Below are positions 42,001 through 57,000 of a DNA stretch of 64,000 bases, piece by piece. Both the position numbers and the translations under genes were made by a program. Source of the stretch: the human T2T-CHM13v2.0 reference genome, Homo sapiens. Position 1 is the stretch's first letter; each line of letters opens with the position of its first letter. Below the pieces are notes generated by a model. The model was not told the DNA's origin, did no database searches, and saw only the letters and a list, made by a program, of their open reading frames with translations. Location of the stretch: NCBI RefSeq assembly GCF_009914755.1, contig NC_060933.1; one strand, given 5' to 3'.

Positions 42001-44400
42001 CCATTCCATTCCGTTCCGTTCCGTTCCATTCCATTCCATTCCATTATTTTCGGGTTAATTCCATTCCATTCCATTGCATTGCAATCGAGTTGATTCCATT
42101 CCATTCCATTCCATTGCATTCCATTCCATTCCATTCCATTCCATTCCTTTCCATTCCATTACGGATGATTCCATTCCATTGCATTCCATTCCATTCCATT
42201 CCCCTGTACTCGGGTTGATTCCATTCCATTCCATTCCAATCCATGCCATTCCACTCGTGTTGATTCCATTCTTTCCATTCCATTCAAGTTGAATCCATTC
42301 CATTGCATTCCATTCCATTCCATTCCATTCCCCCGCAGTCGGGTTGATTCCATTCCATTCCATTCCATTCCATTCCGTTCCTTTCCATTTAATTCCATTC
42401 CATTCTATTCGGGTTAATTCCATTCCATTCCATTCCATTCCATTCCATTCCATTCCATTCCAATCGAGTTGATTCCATTCCATTCCATTCCATTCCATTC
42501 CACTCCATTCCAGTCCTTTCCATTCCATTCCCCTCGGGTTGATTCCAATGTATTCCTTTCCATTCCATGCCATTACATTGCAATCGAGTTGAGTCCATTT
42601 CTTTGCATTCCATTCCATTCTATTCCATTCCGGATGATTCCATTCCATTGCATTCCATTCCATTCCATTCCCCTGCACACGGGTTGATTCCATTCCATTC
42701 CACTCCATTCCGTTCCATTCCATTCCATTCCGTTGTATTCGGGTTAATTCCATTCCATTCCATTCCATTCCATTCCAATCCATTACAATCGAGTTGATTC
42801 CATTCCATTCCATTCCATTCCATTCCATTCCATTCCATCCCAGTCCTTTCCATTCCATTCCACTCGGGTTGATTCCATTCTATTAGTTTCCATTCCATTC
42901 CATTCCCTTCCATTCCACTCTGGTTGATTCCATTCCTTTCCATTCCACTCGAATACATTCCCTCCTATTCCACTCGGAATGATTCCATTCCATTCCATTC
43001 CATTCCATTCCATTTCGTTCCATTCCATTCTATTCCGTACCATTCCATTCCTTTCCATTCCTTTCCATTCCATTCCATTCCACTCGTGTTGATTCCATTC
43101 CTTTCCATTCCACTGGAATACATTCCCTCCTATTCCACTCGGAACGATTCCATTCCATTCCATTCCATTCCATTCCATTCCATTCCATTCCATTCCATTC
43201 CATTTCGTTCCATTCCATTCTATTCCGTACCATTCCATTCCATTCCATTCCATTCCATTCCATTCCATTCCATTCCATTGTACTCGGGTTGATTCCATTC
43301 CATTGCATTCCATTCCATTCCATTCCATTCCATTCTATTCCATTGCATTCCGTTGCATTCCATTCCATTACATTAGGATTGATTCTATTCAACTCACTTA
43401 CTCCCCATTACATTCCATTCCATTCGGGTTGTTCCATTCCATTTCATTCCATTCCACTCCATTCCATTGCACTCGGGTTGATTCCATTCCATTCCATTCC
43501 ATTCTATTCCATTCCATTCCATTCCGGATAATTCCATTCCATTACATTCCGTTCCATTACATTCCCCTGCACTCGCGTTGATTCCATTCCATTCCATTCC
43601 GTTCCATTCCATTCCATTCCATTCCATTCGATTCCGTTCCTTTCCATTCCGTTCCATTCCATTCTATTCGGCTTAATTCCATTCCATTCCATTCGATTGC
43701 AATCGAGTTGATTCCATTCCATTGCATTCCATTCCATTCGATTCCATTCAATTGCACTCGGGTTGATTCCATTCCATTGCATTCCATTCTATTCCATTCC
43801 ATTCCAAACCATTCCATTCCATTCCATTCAGTTCCATTCCTTTCCATTACATTCGTATTGATTCTATTCAATTCCCTTACACTCCATTACATTCCATTCC
43901 ATTCGGGTAGTTTCCACTCCATTCCATTCCATTCCTCTCCATTCCATTGCACTCGGGTTGATTCCATTCCATTGCATTCCTTTCCATTCCATTCAATTCC
44001 ATTCCGTTCCATTCCATTCCATTCCATTACATTCGGATTGATTCTATTCAACTCCCTTACACTCCATTACATTCCATTCCATTCGGGTTGTTCCATTCCA
44101 TTCCATTCCATTCCACTGCATTCCATTGCACTCGGGTTGATTCCATTCCATTCCATTCCATTCCATTCTGGAAGATTCCATTCCATTGCATTCCATTACA
44201 TTCCATTCCCCTGCACTCGCTTTGATTCCATTCCATTCCATTCCATTCCATTCCATTCCATTCCGTTCCGTTCCATTCCATTCCATTCCATTCCATTCCA
44301 TTCCGTTCCGTTCCGTTCCATTCCATTCCATTCCATCCTATTCGGGTTAATTCCATTCCATTCCATTCCATTCCATTCCATTCCGTTCCGGAAGATTCCA
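24100..44400. repeat. Large tandem duplication: ~24100-33330 (9.2 kb) and ~33330-44400 (11.1 kb), differing by a ~2-kb indel
   Basis: The offset is ~9183-9229 for 24.1-26.3 kb (24614/33842, 25089/34317, 25395/34578), then ~11192-11332 for 26.3-33.06 kb (26808/38015, 27678/38880, 29290/40547, 31627/42924, 32712/44044). Shared markers are ccgttaagtt, tatgcgggtt, caatagcatt, ccccgcagtc and cattaggatt. Confidence 0.85.
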
Positions 44401-44449
44401 TTCCATTCCATTCCATTTCATTCCATTCCACTGCAGTCGGGTTGATTCC

Positions 44450-46700
44450 ATTCCATTCCATTCCATTCCATTCCGTTCCATTCCATTCCATTCCATTCTA
44501 TTCGGGTTAATTCCATTCCATTCCATTCCATTCCATTCCATTCCAATCGAGTTGATTCCATTCCATTCCATTCCATTCCATTCCATTCCACTCCATTCCA
44601 GTCCTTTCCATTCCATTACACTCGGGTTGATTCCATTCTATTCCTTACCATTCCATTCCATTCCATTGCAATCGAGTTGATTCCATTGCTTTGCATTCCA
44701 TTCCATTCCATTCCATTCCGGATGATTCCATTCCATTGCATTCCTTTCCATTCCATTCCCGTGCACTCGGGTTGATTCCATTCCATTCCACTCCATTCCG
44801 TTCCATTCCATTCCATTCCATTGTATTCGGGTTAATTCCATTCCATTCCATTCCATTCCATTCCATTCCATTACAATCGAGTTGATTCCATGCCATTCCA
44901 TTCCATTCCATTCCATTCCAGTCCTTTCCATTCCATTCCACTCGGGTTGATTCCATTCTATTAGTTTCCATTCCATTCCATTCCCTTCCATTCCACTCTG
45001 GTTGATTCCATTCCTTTCCATTCCACTCGAATACATTCCCTCCTATTCCACTCGGAAAGATTCCATTCCATTCCATTCCATTCCATTCCATTCCATTCCA
45101 TTCCATTCCAGTTCGTTCCATTCCGTTCTATTCCCTACCATTCCATTCCATTCCATTCCTTTCCATTCCATTCGTTTCCACTAGTGTTGATTCCATTCTT
45201 TCCATTCCATTTGGTTTGAAGGCATTCCATTCCATTCAATTCCATTAAATTCCATTCCATTCCATTCCATTCTATTCCATTCCATTGCAATCGAGTTGAA
45301 TCCATTGCCTTTCATTGAATTCCATTCCACTACGGATGACTCCATTCCATTGCATTCCATTCCATTCCATTCCCCTGTACTCGGGTTTATTCCATTCCAT
45401 TCCATTCCACTCCATTCGGTTCCGTTGCATTCCATTCTATTGCATTCCATTCTATTCGGGTTAATTCCATTCCATTTTATTCCATTCCATTCCATTCCAT
45501 TCCATTGCAATGGAGTTGATTCCATTCCATTCCATTCCATTCCGGATGATTCCATTCCATTGCATTCCATTCCATTCCATTTCCCAGCACTCGTGTTGAT
45601 TCCATTCCCTTCCATTCCATTCCATTCCGTTCCATTCCATTCCATTCCATTCTATTCCGGTTAATTCCATTCCATTCCATTCCATTCCATTCCATTCCAT
45701 TCCATTGCAATCGAGTTGATTCCATTCCATTCCTTTCCATTCCATTCCATTGCCTTGCATTCCACTCGGGTTGATTCCATTCCCTTCTTTCCACTCCATT
45801 ACATTCCCTTCCATGATTGATTCCATTCCATTCCATTCCATTTCATTCCATTGCAATCCATTCCAATCCATTCCATTCCATTCCATTCCACTCGAGTTGA
45901 CTTCATTCCTTTCCTTTCCATTCCATTCCATTCCTTTCCACTCGAGTTGATTCCATTCCATTCCAATCCATTGCATTCCATTCCATGCCATTCCACTCGG
46001 GTTGATTCCATTCCTTTGCATACCATTCCATTCCATTCCATTCCATACCATTCCATTCCATTCCATTCCGTTGCATTGCATTCCATTACATTCGGATTGA
46101 TTCTATTCAACTCCCTTACTCTCCATTACATTACATTCCATTCGGGTTGTTCCATTCCATTCTATTCCATTCCACTCCATTCCATTGCATTCGGGTTGAT
46201 TCCATTCCATTCCATTCCATTCCATTCCATTCCGGATGATTCCATTCCATTGCATTCCGTTCCATTACATTCCCCTGCACTCGCGTTGATTCCATTCCAT
46301 TCCATTCCATTCCATTCAATTCCATTCCATTACATTCCCCTGCACTCGCGTTGATTCCATTCCATTCCATTCAATTCCATTCCATTACAATTCGTTCCAT
46401 TCCATTCTATTCCGTACCATTCCATTCCATTCCATACCATTCCATTCCATTCCATTCCATTCCATTCCATTCCGTTGCATTCCGTTCCATTGCATTCCAT
46501 TCCATTCCATTCTATTCGGGTTAATCCCATTCCATTCCATTCCATTCCATTCTATTCCATTCCATTGCAATCGTGTTGAATCCATTTCATTTCATTCCAT
46601 TCCATTCCATTCCATTCCATTCCATTCCGGAAGATTCCATTCCATTGTATTCCATTCCATGCCATTCCCCTGCACTCGCGTTGATTCCATTCCATTCCAT
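44450..46700. repeat. Diverged dispersed paralog of ~59620-62050 (offset ~15.2-15.4 kb)
   Basis: ORF pairs are 44691/59855, 45002/60181, 45750/61194 and 46385/61764. Shared rare motifs are ccagttcgttcc, ccattgcctttcatt, ggatgactcc, gcaatggagttg and ttccatgattga. Confidence 0.75.
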
Positions 46701-46739
46701 TCCATTCCATTCCATTCCATTCCATTCCATTCCGTTCCG

Positions 46740-49700
46740 TTCCATTCCATTCCATTCCGTTGCATTCCATTCCATTACATTCGGATTGATTCTATTCAAC
46801 TCCCTTACTCTCCATTACATTCCATTCCATTCGGGTTGTTCCATTCCATTCCATTCCATTCCACTCCATTCCATTGCACTCGGGTTGATTCCATTCCATT
46901 CCATTCCATTCCATTCCATTCCGGATGATTCCATTCCATTGCATTCCGTTCCATTACATTCCCCTGCACTCGCGTTGATTCCATTCCATTCCTTTCCATT
47001 CCATTCAATTCCATTCCATTACAATTCGTTCCATTCCATTCTATTCCGTACCATTCCATTCCTTTCCATACCATTCCATTCCATTCCATTCCATTCCATT
47101 CCATTCCATTCCGTTCCGTTCCATTCAGTTCCATTCCATTCCATTCCATTCTATTCGGGTTAATTCAATTCCATTGCATTCCATTCCATTCCATTCCGGA
47201 AGATTCCATTCCATTGCATTGCATTCCATTCCATTCCCCTGCACTCGCGTTGATTCCATTCCATTCCATTCCATTCCATTCCATTCCATTCCGTTCCGTT
47301 CCGTTCCATTCCATTCCATTCCATTCCATTCCATTCCGTTCCGTTCCATTCCATTCCATTCCATTCTATTCGGGTTAATTCCATTCCATTCCATTCGATT
47401 GCAATCGTGTTGATTCCATTCCATTCCATTCCATTCCATTCCATTCCATTCCATTCCATTCCTTTCCATTCTATTACGGATGATTCCATTCTATTGCATT
47501 CCATTCCATTCCATTCCCCTGTACTCGGGTTGATTCCATTCCATTGCATTCCAATCCATGCCCTTTCACTCGTGTTGATTCCATTCTTTCCATTCCATTC
47601 AAGTTGAATCCATTCCATTGCATTCCATTCCATTCGATTCCATTCGATTGCACTCGGGTTGATTCCATTCCATTGCATTCCATTCCATTGCATTCCATTC
47701 CATTCCATTCCATTCCGTTCCATTCCATTCCATTACATTCGGATTGATTCTATTCAATTCCCTTACACTCCATTACATTCCATTCCATTCGGGTAGTTTC
47801 CATTCCATTCCATTCCATTCCTCTCCATTCCATTGCACTCGGGTTGGTTCCATTCCATTGCATTCCATTCCATTCCATTCAATTCCATTCCGTTCCTTTC
47901 CTTTCCATTACATTCGGATTGACTCTATTCAACTCCCTTACTCTCCATTACATTCCATTCCATTCGGGTTGTTCCATTCCATTCCATTCCATTCCACTCC
48001 ATTCCATTGCACTCGGGTTGATTCCATTCCATTCCATTCCATTCCATTCCATTCCATTCCATTCCATTCCGGAAGATTCCATTCCATTGCATTCCATTCC
48101 ATTCCATTCCATTCCATTGCATTCCATTCCATTCCATTCCCCTGCACTCGCGTTGATTCTATTCCATTCCATTCCATTCCATTCCATTCCATTCCATTCC
48201 ATTCCTTTCCGTTCCATTCCATTCCATTCCATTCCATTCCGTTCCGTTCCGTTCCGTTCCGTTCCATTCCATTCCATTCCATTCTATTCGGGTTAATTCC
48301 ATTCCATTCCATTCGACTGCAATCGAGTTGATTCCATTCCATTCCATTCCATTCCATTCCATTCCATTCCATTCCTTTCCATTCCATTACGGATGATTCC
48401 ATTCCATTGCATTCCATTCCATTCCATTCCCCTGCACTCGTGTTGATTCCATTCCCTTCCATTCCATTCCATTCCGTTCCATTCCATTCCATTCCATTCT
48501 ATTCTCGTTAATTCCATTCCATTCCATTCCATTCCATTCCATTCCATTGCAATCGAGTTGATTCCATTCCATTCCTTTCCATTCCATTCCATTGCCTTGC
48601 ATTCCACTCGGGTTGATTCCATTCCCTTCTTTCCACTGCATTACATTCCCTTCCATTCCACTCGGAATGATTGATTCCATTCCATTCCATTCCACTTCAT
48701 TCCATTGCAATCCATTCCAATCCTTTCCATTCCATTCCATTCCACTCGAGTTGACTTCATTCCATTCCTTTCCATTCCATTCCATTCCTTTCCACTCGAG
48801 TTGATTCCATTCCATTCCAATCCATTGCATTCCATTCCATGCCATTCCACTCGGGTTGATTCCATTCCTTTGCATTCCATTCCATTCCATTCCATTGCAT
48901 TCCGTTCCATTCCATTCCGTTGCATTCCATTCCATTACATTCGGATTGATTCTATTCAACTCCCTTACTCTCCATTACATTCCATTCCATTCGGGTTGTT
49001 CCATTCCATTCCATTCCATTCCACTCCATTCCATTGCACTCGGGTTGATTCCATTCCATTCCATTCCATTCCATTCCATTCCGGAGGATTCCATTCCATT
49101 GCATTCCGTTCCATTACATTCCCCTGCACTCGCGTTGATTCCATTCCATTCCATTCCATTCCATTCCATTCCATTCCATTCCATTCAATTCCATTCCATT
49201 ACAATTCGTTCCATTCCATTCTATTCCGTACCATTCCATTCCTTTCCATACCATTCCATTCCATTCCATTCCATTCCATTCCATTCCATTCCGTTCCGTT
49301 CCATTCCGTTCCATTCCATTCCATTCCATTCTATTCGGGTTAATTCCATTCCATTGCATTCCATTCCATTCCATTCCGGAAGATTCCATTCCATTGCATT
49401 GCATTCCATTCCATTCCCCTGCACTCGCGTTGATTCCATTCCATTCCATTCCATTCCATTCCATTCCGTTCCGTTCCGTTCCATTCCATTCCATTCCATT
49501 CCATTCCATTCCGTTCCGTTCCATTCCATTCCATTCCATTCTATTCGGGTTAATTCCATTCCATTCCATTCGATTGCAATCGTGTTGATTCCATTCCATT
49601 CCATTCCATTCCATTCCATTCCATTCCGTTCCTTTCCATTCCATTACGGATGATTCCATTCTATTGCATTCCATTCCATTCCATTCCCCTGTACTCGGGT

Positions 49701-50550
49701 TGATTCCATTCCATTGCATTCCAATCCATGCCCTTCCACTCGTGTTGATTCCATTCTTTCCATTCCATTCAAGTTGAATCCATTCCATTGCATTCCATTC
49801 CATTCGATTCCATTCGATTGCACTCGGGTTGATTCCATTCCATTGCATTCCATTCCATTGCATTCCATTCCATTCCATTCCATTCCGTTCCATTCCATTC
49901 CATTACATTCGGATTGATTCTATTCAATTCCCTTACACTCCATTACATTCCATTCCATTCGGGTAGTTTCCATTCCATTCCATTCCATTCCTCTCCATTC
50001 CATTGCACTCGGGTTGATTCCATTCCATTGCATTCCATTCCATTCCATTCGATTCCATTCCGTTCCTTTCCTTTCCATTACATTCGGATTGACTCTATTC
50101 AACTCCCTTACTCTCCATTACATTCCATTCCATTCGGGTTGTTCCATTCCATTCCATTCCATTCCACTCCATTCCATTGTACTCGGGTTGATTCCATTCC
50201 ATTCCATTCCATTCCATTCCATTCCATTCCATTCCGGAAGATTCCATTCCATTGCGTTCCATTCCATTCCATTCCCCTGCACTCGCGTTGATTCCATTCC
50301 ATTCCATTCCATTCCATTCCATACCATTCCATTCCTTTCCGTTCCATTCCATTCCATTCCATTCCATTCCATTCCGTTCCGTTCCGTTCCGTTCCGTTCC
50401 ATTCCATTCCATTCCATTCTATTCGGGTTAATTCCATTCCATTCCATTCGACTGCAATCGAGTTGATTCCATTCCATTCCATTGCATTCCATTCCTTTCC
50501 ATTCCATTACCGATGATTCCATTCCATTGCATTCCATTCCATTCCATTCC
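46740..50550. repeat. ~2.17-kb-offset duplication (~46740-48430 vs ~48900-50550)
   Basis: ORF pairs 47474/49644, 47544/49714, 47744/49914 and 47844/50014 have offset 2170. Shared markers are gttcctttcctttccattacattcggattgactct (~47892/50062) and attcgactgc (~48311/50446). Confidence 0.8.
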
Positions 50551-51058
50551 CCTGTACTCGGGTTGATTCCATTCCATTCCATTCCAATCCATGCCATTCC
50601 ACTCGTGTTGATTCCATTCTATCCATTCCATTCAAGTTGAATCCATTCCATTGCATTCCATTCCATTCCATTCCCCTGCAGTCGGGTTGATTCCATTCCA
50701 TTCCATTCCATTCCATTCAATTCCATTCCATTCCGTTCCATTCCATTCCATTCCATTCTATTCGGGTTAATTCCATTCCATTCCATTCCATTCCATTCCA
50801 TTCCATTCCAATCGAGTTGATTCCATTCCATTCCATTCCATTCCATTCCACTCCATTCCAGTCCTTTACATTCCATTCCACTCGGGTTGATTCCAATGTA
50901 TTCCTTTCCATTCCACTCCATTCCATTGCACTCGGGTTGATTCCATTCCATTCCATTCCATTCCATTCCATTCCATTCCATTCCGGATGATTCCATTCCA
51001 TTGCATTCCATTCCATTCCATTCCCCTGCACTCGGGTTGATTCCATTCCATTCCACTC

Positions 51059-54000
51059 CATTCCGTTGCATTCCATTCCATTACATTGGGATTGATTCTA
51101 TTCAACTCCCTTACTCTCCATTACATTCCATTCCATTCGGGTTGTTCCATTCCATTCCATTCCATTCCATTCCACTCCATTCCATTGCACTCGGGTTGAT
51201 TCCATTCCATTCCATTCCATTCCATTCCATTCCATTCCATTCTGGATGATTCCATTCCATTGCATTCCGTTCCATTACATTCCCCTGCACTGGCATTGAT
51301 TCAATTCCATTCTATTCAATTCCATTCCATTACAATTCGTTCCATTCCATTCTATTCCGTACCACTCCATTCCATTCCATACCATTCCATTCCATTCCAT
51401 TCCATTCCATTCCATTCCGTTCCATTCCGTTCCATTGCATTCCATTCCATTCTATTCTGGTTAATTCCATTCCATTCCATTCCATGCCATTCCATTCTAT
51501 TCCATTCCATTGCAATCGAGTTGAATCCATTGCATTTCATTCCATTCCATTCCATTCCATTCCATTCCGGAAGATTCCATTCCATTGCATTCCATTCCAT
51601 TCCATTCCCCTGCACTCGCGTTGATTCCATTCCATTCCATTCCATTCTGTTCCGTTCCGTTCCGATCCATTCCATTCCATTCCATTCCGTTCCGTTCCGT
51701 TCCGTTCCATTCCATTCCATTCCATTCTATTCGGGTTAATTCCATTCCATTCCATTCGATTGCAATCGAGTTGATTCCATTCCATTCCATTCCAATCCAT
51801 GCCATTCCACTCGTGTTGATTCCATTATTTCCATTCCATTCAAGTTGAATCCATTACATTGCATTCCATTCCATTCGATTCCATTCGATTGCACTCGGGT
51901 TGATTCCATGGCATTGCATTCCATTCCATTCCATTCCATTCCATTCCATTCCTTTCCATTCCATTCCATTCCATTCCATTCGGATTCATTCTATTCAATT
52001 CCCTTACACTCCATTTCATTCCATTCCATTCGTGTAGTTTCCATTCCATTCCATTCCATTCCTCTCCATTCCATTGCACTCGGGTTGATTCCATTCCATT
52101 CCATTCCATTCCATTCCATTCCATTCCATTCCGGATGATTCCATTCCATTGAGTTCCATTGCGTTCCATTCCCCTGCACTTGGGTTGATTCCATTCCATT
52201 CCATTACATTCCTTTCTTTTCCATTCCATTCCATTCCATTCTTTCGTGTTAATTCCATTCCATTCTATTCCATTCCATTCCATTGAAATCGAGTTGATTC
52301 CATTCCATTCCATTCCATTCCATTCCATTCCATTCCATTCCGGATGATTCCATTCCATTCCATTCCATTCCATTCCATTCCATTGTACTCGGGTTGATTC
52401 CATTCCATTGCATTCCATTCCATTCCATTCCATTCCATTCCGTTGCATTCCATTCCATTACATTCGGATTGATTCTGTTCAACTCCCTTACTCTCCATTA
52501 CATTCCATTCCATTCGGGTTGTTCCATTCCATTCCATTCCATTCCACTCCATTCCATTGCACTCGGGTTGATTCCATTCCATTGCATTCCATTCCATTCC
52601 ATTCCATTCCGGATGATTCCATTCTATTGCATTCCGTTCCATTACATTCCCCTGCACTCGCGTTGATTCCATTCCATTCCATTCAATTCCATTCCATTAC
52701 AATTCGTTCCATTCCATTCTATTCCATACCATTCCATTCCATTCCATACCATTCCATTCCATTCCATTCCATTCCATTCCATTCCATTCCATTCCATTCC
52801 GTTCCGTTCCGTTCCGTTCCATTCCATTCCATTCCATTCTATTCGAATTAATTCCATTCCATTCCATTCCATTCCATTGCACTCGTGTTGATTCCATTCC
52901 ATTCCATTCCATTCCATTCCATTCCATTCAATTCCATTCCTTTCCATTCCATTCCATTACATTCGTATTGATTCTATTCAACTCCCTTACTCTCCATTAC
53001 ATTCCATTCCATTCGGGTTGTTCCATTCCATTCCATTCCATTCCACTCCATTCCAATGCACTCGGGTTTATTCCATTCCATTCCATTCCATTCCGGAAGA
53101 TTCCATTCCATTGCATTCCATTCCATTCCATTCCCTTGCACTCGCGTTGATTCCACTCCATTCCATTCCATTCCATTCCATTCCATTCCATTCCATTCCA
53201 TTCCGGATGATTTCATTCCATTGCATTCCATTCCATTCCATTCCCCTGCACTCAGGTTGATTCCATTCCATTCCATTCCATTACATTCCATTCCATTCCG
53301 TTCCATTTCATTCTATTCAGGTTAATTCCATTCCATTCCATTCCACTCCATTCCAGTCCTTTCCATTCCATTCCACTCGGGTTGATTCCATTCTATTCCT
53401 TTTAATTCCATTCCATTCCATTGCAATCGAGTGGATTCCATTCGAGTTGAATCCATTCCATTCCATTCCATTCCATTCCATTGCACACGGGTTCATTCCA
53501 TTCCATTCCATTCCATTCCATTCCATTCCATTCCATTCCATTCCATTCTATTCCATTTCATTCCATTCCATTCTATTCCGTACCATTCCATTCCATCCCA
53601 TTCCATTCCGTTCCATTCCATGCCATTACACTCGGGTTGATTCCATTCCTTTCCATTCCATTCTTGTTGAATCCATTCCATTCCACTCCATTCCATTCCA
53701 TTCGAATCCATTCCATTGCACTCGGGTTGATTCCATTCCATTCCATTCCATTCCATTTCATTCCATTCCATTCCATTACATTCGGATTGATTCTATTCTA
53801 TTCCCTTACACTCCATTCCATTCCATTCCATTCGGAATGTTTCCATTCCATTCCATTCCATTCCACTCCATTCCATTGCATCAGGTTGATTGCATTCCAT
53901 TCCATTCCATTCCGGATGATTCCATTCCATTGCATTCCATTCCATTCCATTCCCCAGCACTCGAATTGATTCCATTCCATTCCATTGCATTCCATTCCAT

Positions 54001-57000
54001 TCCATTCCATTCCGTTCCTTTCCATTCCATTCCATTCTATTCCGCTTAATTCCATTCCATTCCATTCGATTCCATTCCATTCCATTGCAATCGAGTTGAT
54101 TCCATTCCATTCCATTCCATTCCGTTCCGGATGATTCCATTCCATTCCATTCCATTCCATTCCATTCCATTCCCGTGCAGTCGGGTTGATTCCATTCCAT
54201 TCCATTCCATTCCATTCCATTCCATTCCATTCCATTCCGTTCAATTCCATTCCATTCCATTCTATTCGGGTTAATTCCATTCCATTCCATTCCATTCCAT
54301 TCTATTCGGGTTAATTCCATTCTATTCCATTCCATTCCATTCCATTCTATTCCATTCCATTGCAATCGAGTTGAATCCATTGTATTTCATTCCATTCCAT
54401 TCCATTCCATTCCATTCCATTCCATTCCTTTCCATTCCATTCCTTTCCATTCCATTACGGATGATTCCATTCCATTGCATTCCATTCCATTCCATTCCCC
54501 TGTACTCGGGTTGATTCCATTCCATTCCATTCCAATCCATGCCATTCCACTCGTGTTCATTCCATTCTTTCCATTCCATTCAAGTTGAATCCATTCCATT
54601 GCATTCCATTCCATTCGATTCCATTCGATTGCACTCGGGTTGATTCCATTGCATTGCATTCCATTCCATTCCATTCCATTCCATTCCATTCCATTCCGTT
54701 CCATTCCATTCCATTCCATTACATTCGGATTGATTCTATTCAATTCCCTTACACTCCATTACATTCCATTCCATTCGGGTAGTTTCCATTCCATTCCATT
54801 CCATTCCTCTCCATTCCATTGCACTCGGGTTGATTCCATTCCATTGCATTCCATTCCATTCCATTCAATTGCATTCCGTTGCATTCCATTCCATTACATT
54901 GGGATTGATTCTATTCAACTCCCTTACTCTCCATTACATTCCATTCCATTCGGGTTGTTCCATTCCATTCCATTCCATTCCATTCCACTCCATTCCATTG
55001 CACTCGGGTTGATTCCATTCCATTCCATTCCATTCCATTCCATTCCATTCCATTCCGGATGATTCCATTCCATTGCATTCCGTTCCATTACATTCCCCTG
55101 CACTGGCATTGATTCAATTCCATTCTATTCAATTCCATTCCATTACAATTCGTTCCATTCCATTCTATTCCGTACCACTCCATTCCATTCCATACCATTC
55201 CATTCCATTCCATTCCATTCCATTCCATTCCGTTCCATTCCGTTCCATTGCATTCCATTCCATTCTATTCTGGTTAATTCCATTCCATTCCATTCCATTC
55301 CATTCCATTCTATTCCATTCCATTGCAATCGAGTTGAATCCATTGCATTTCATTCCATTCCATTCCATTCCATTCCATTCCGGAAGATTCCATTCCATTG
55401 CATTCCATTCCATTCCATTCCCCTGCACTCGCGTTGATTCCATTCCATTCCATTCCATTCCGTTCCGTTCCGTTCCGATCCATTCCATTCCATTCCATTC
55501 CGTTCCGTTCCGTTCCGTTCCATTCCATTCCATTCCATTCTATTCGGGTTAATTCCATTCCATTCCATTCGATTGCAATCGAGTTGATTCCATTCCATTC
55601 CATTCCAATCCATGCCATTCCACTCGTGTTGATTCCATTATTTCCATTCCATTCAAGTTGAATCCATTACATTGCATTCCATTCCATTCGATTCCATTCG
55701 ATTGCACTCGGGTTGATTCCATGGCATTGCATTCCATTCCATTCCATTCCATTCCATTCCATTCCTTTCCATTCCATTCCATTCCATTCCATTCGGATTC
55801 ATTCTATTCAATTCCCTTACACTCCATTTCATTCCATTCCATTCGTGTAGTTTCCATTCCATTCCATTCCATTCCTCTCCATTCCATTGCACTCGGGTTG
55901 ATTCCATTCCATTCCATTCCATTCCATTCCATTCCATTCCGGATGATTCCATTCCATTGAATTCCATTGCGTTCCATTCCCCTGCACTTGGGTTGATTCC
56001 ATTCCATTCCATTACATTCCTTTCTTTTCCATTCCATTCCATTCCATTCCATTCTTTCGTGTTAATTCCATTCCATTCTATTCCATTCCATTCCATTGAA
56101 ATCGAGTTGATTCCATTCCATTCCATTCCATTCCATTCCATTCCATTCCATTCCATTCCGGATGATTCCATTCCATTCCATTCCATTCCATTCCATTCCA
56201 TTGTACTCGGGTTGATTCCATTCCATTGCATTCCATTCCATTCCATTCCATTCCATTCCGTTGCATTCCATTCCATTACATTCGGATTGATTCTGTTCAA
56301 CTCCCTTACTCTCCATTACATTCCATTCCATTCGGGTTGTTCCATTCCATTCCATTCCATTCCACTCCATTCCATTGCACTCGGGTTGATTCCATTCCAT
56401 TGCATTCCATTCCATTCCATTCCATTCCGGATGATTCCATTCCATTGCATTCCGTTCCATTACATTCCCCTGCACTCGCGTTGATTCCATTCCATTCCAT
56501 TCAATTCCATTCCATTACAATTCGTTCCATTCCATTCTATTCCATACCATTCCATTCCATTCCATACCATTCCATTCCATTCCATTCCATTCCATTCCAT
56601 TCCATTCCATTCCATTCCGTTCCGTTCCGTTCCGTTCCGTTCCATTCCATTCCATTCCATTCTATTCGAATTAATTCCATTCCATTCCATTCCATTCCAT
56701 TGCACTCGTGTTGATTCCATTCCATTCCATTCCATTCCATTCCATTCAATTCCATTCCTTTCCATTCCATTCCATTACATTCGGATTGATTCTATTCAAC
56801 TCCCTTACTCTCCATTACATTCCATTCCATTCGGGTTGTTCCATTCCATTCCATTCCATTCCACTCCATTCCAATGCACTCGGGTTTATTCCATTCCATT
56901 CCATTCCATTCCGGAAGATTCCATTCCATTGCATTCCATTCCATTCCATTCCCTTGCACTCGCGTTGATTCCACTCCATTCCATTCCATTCCATTCCATT

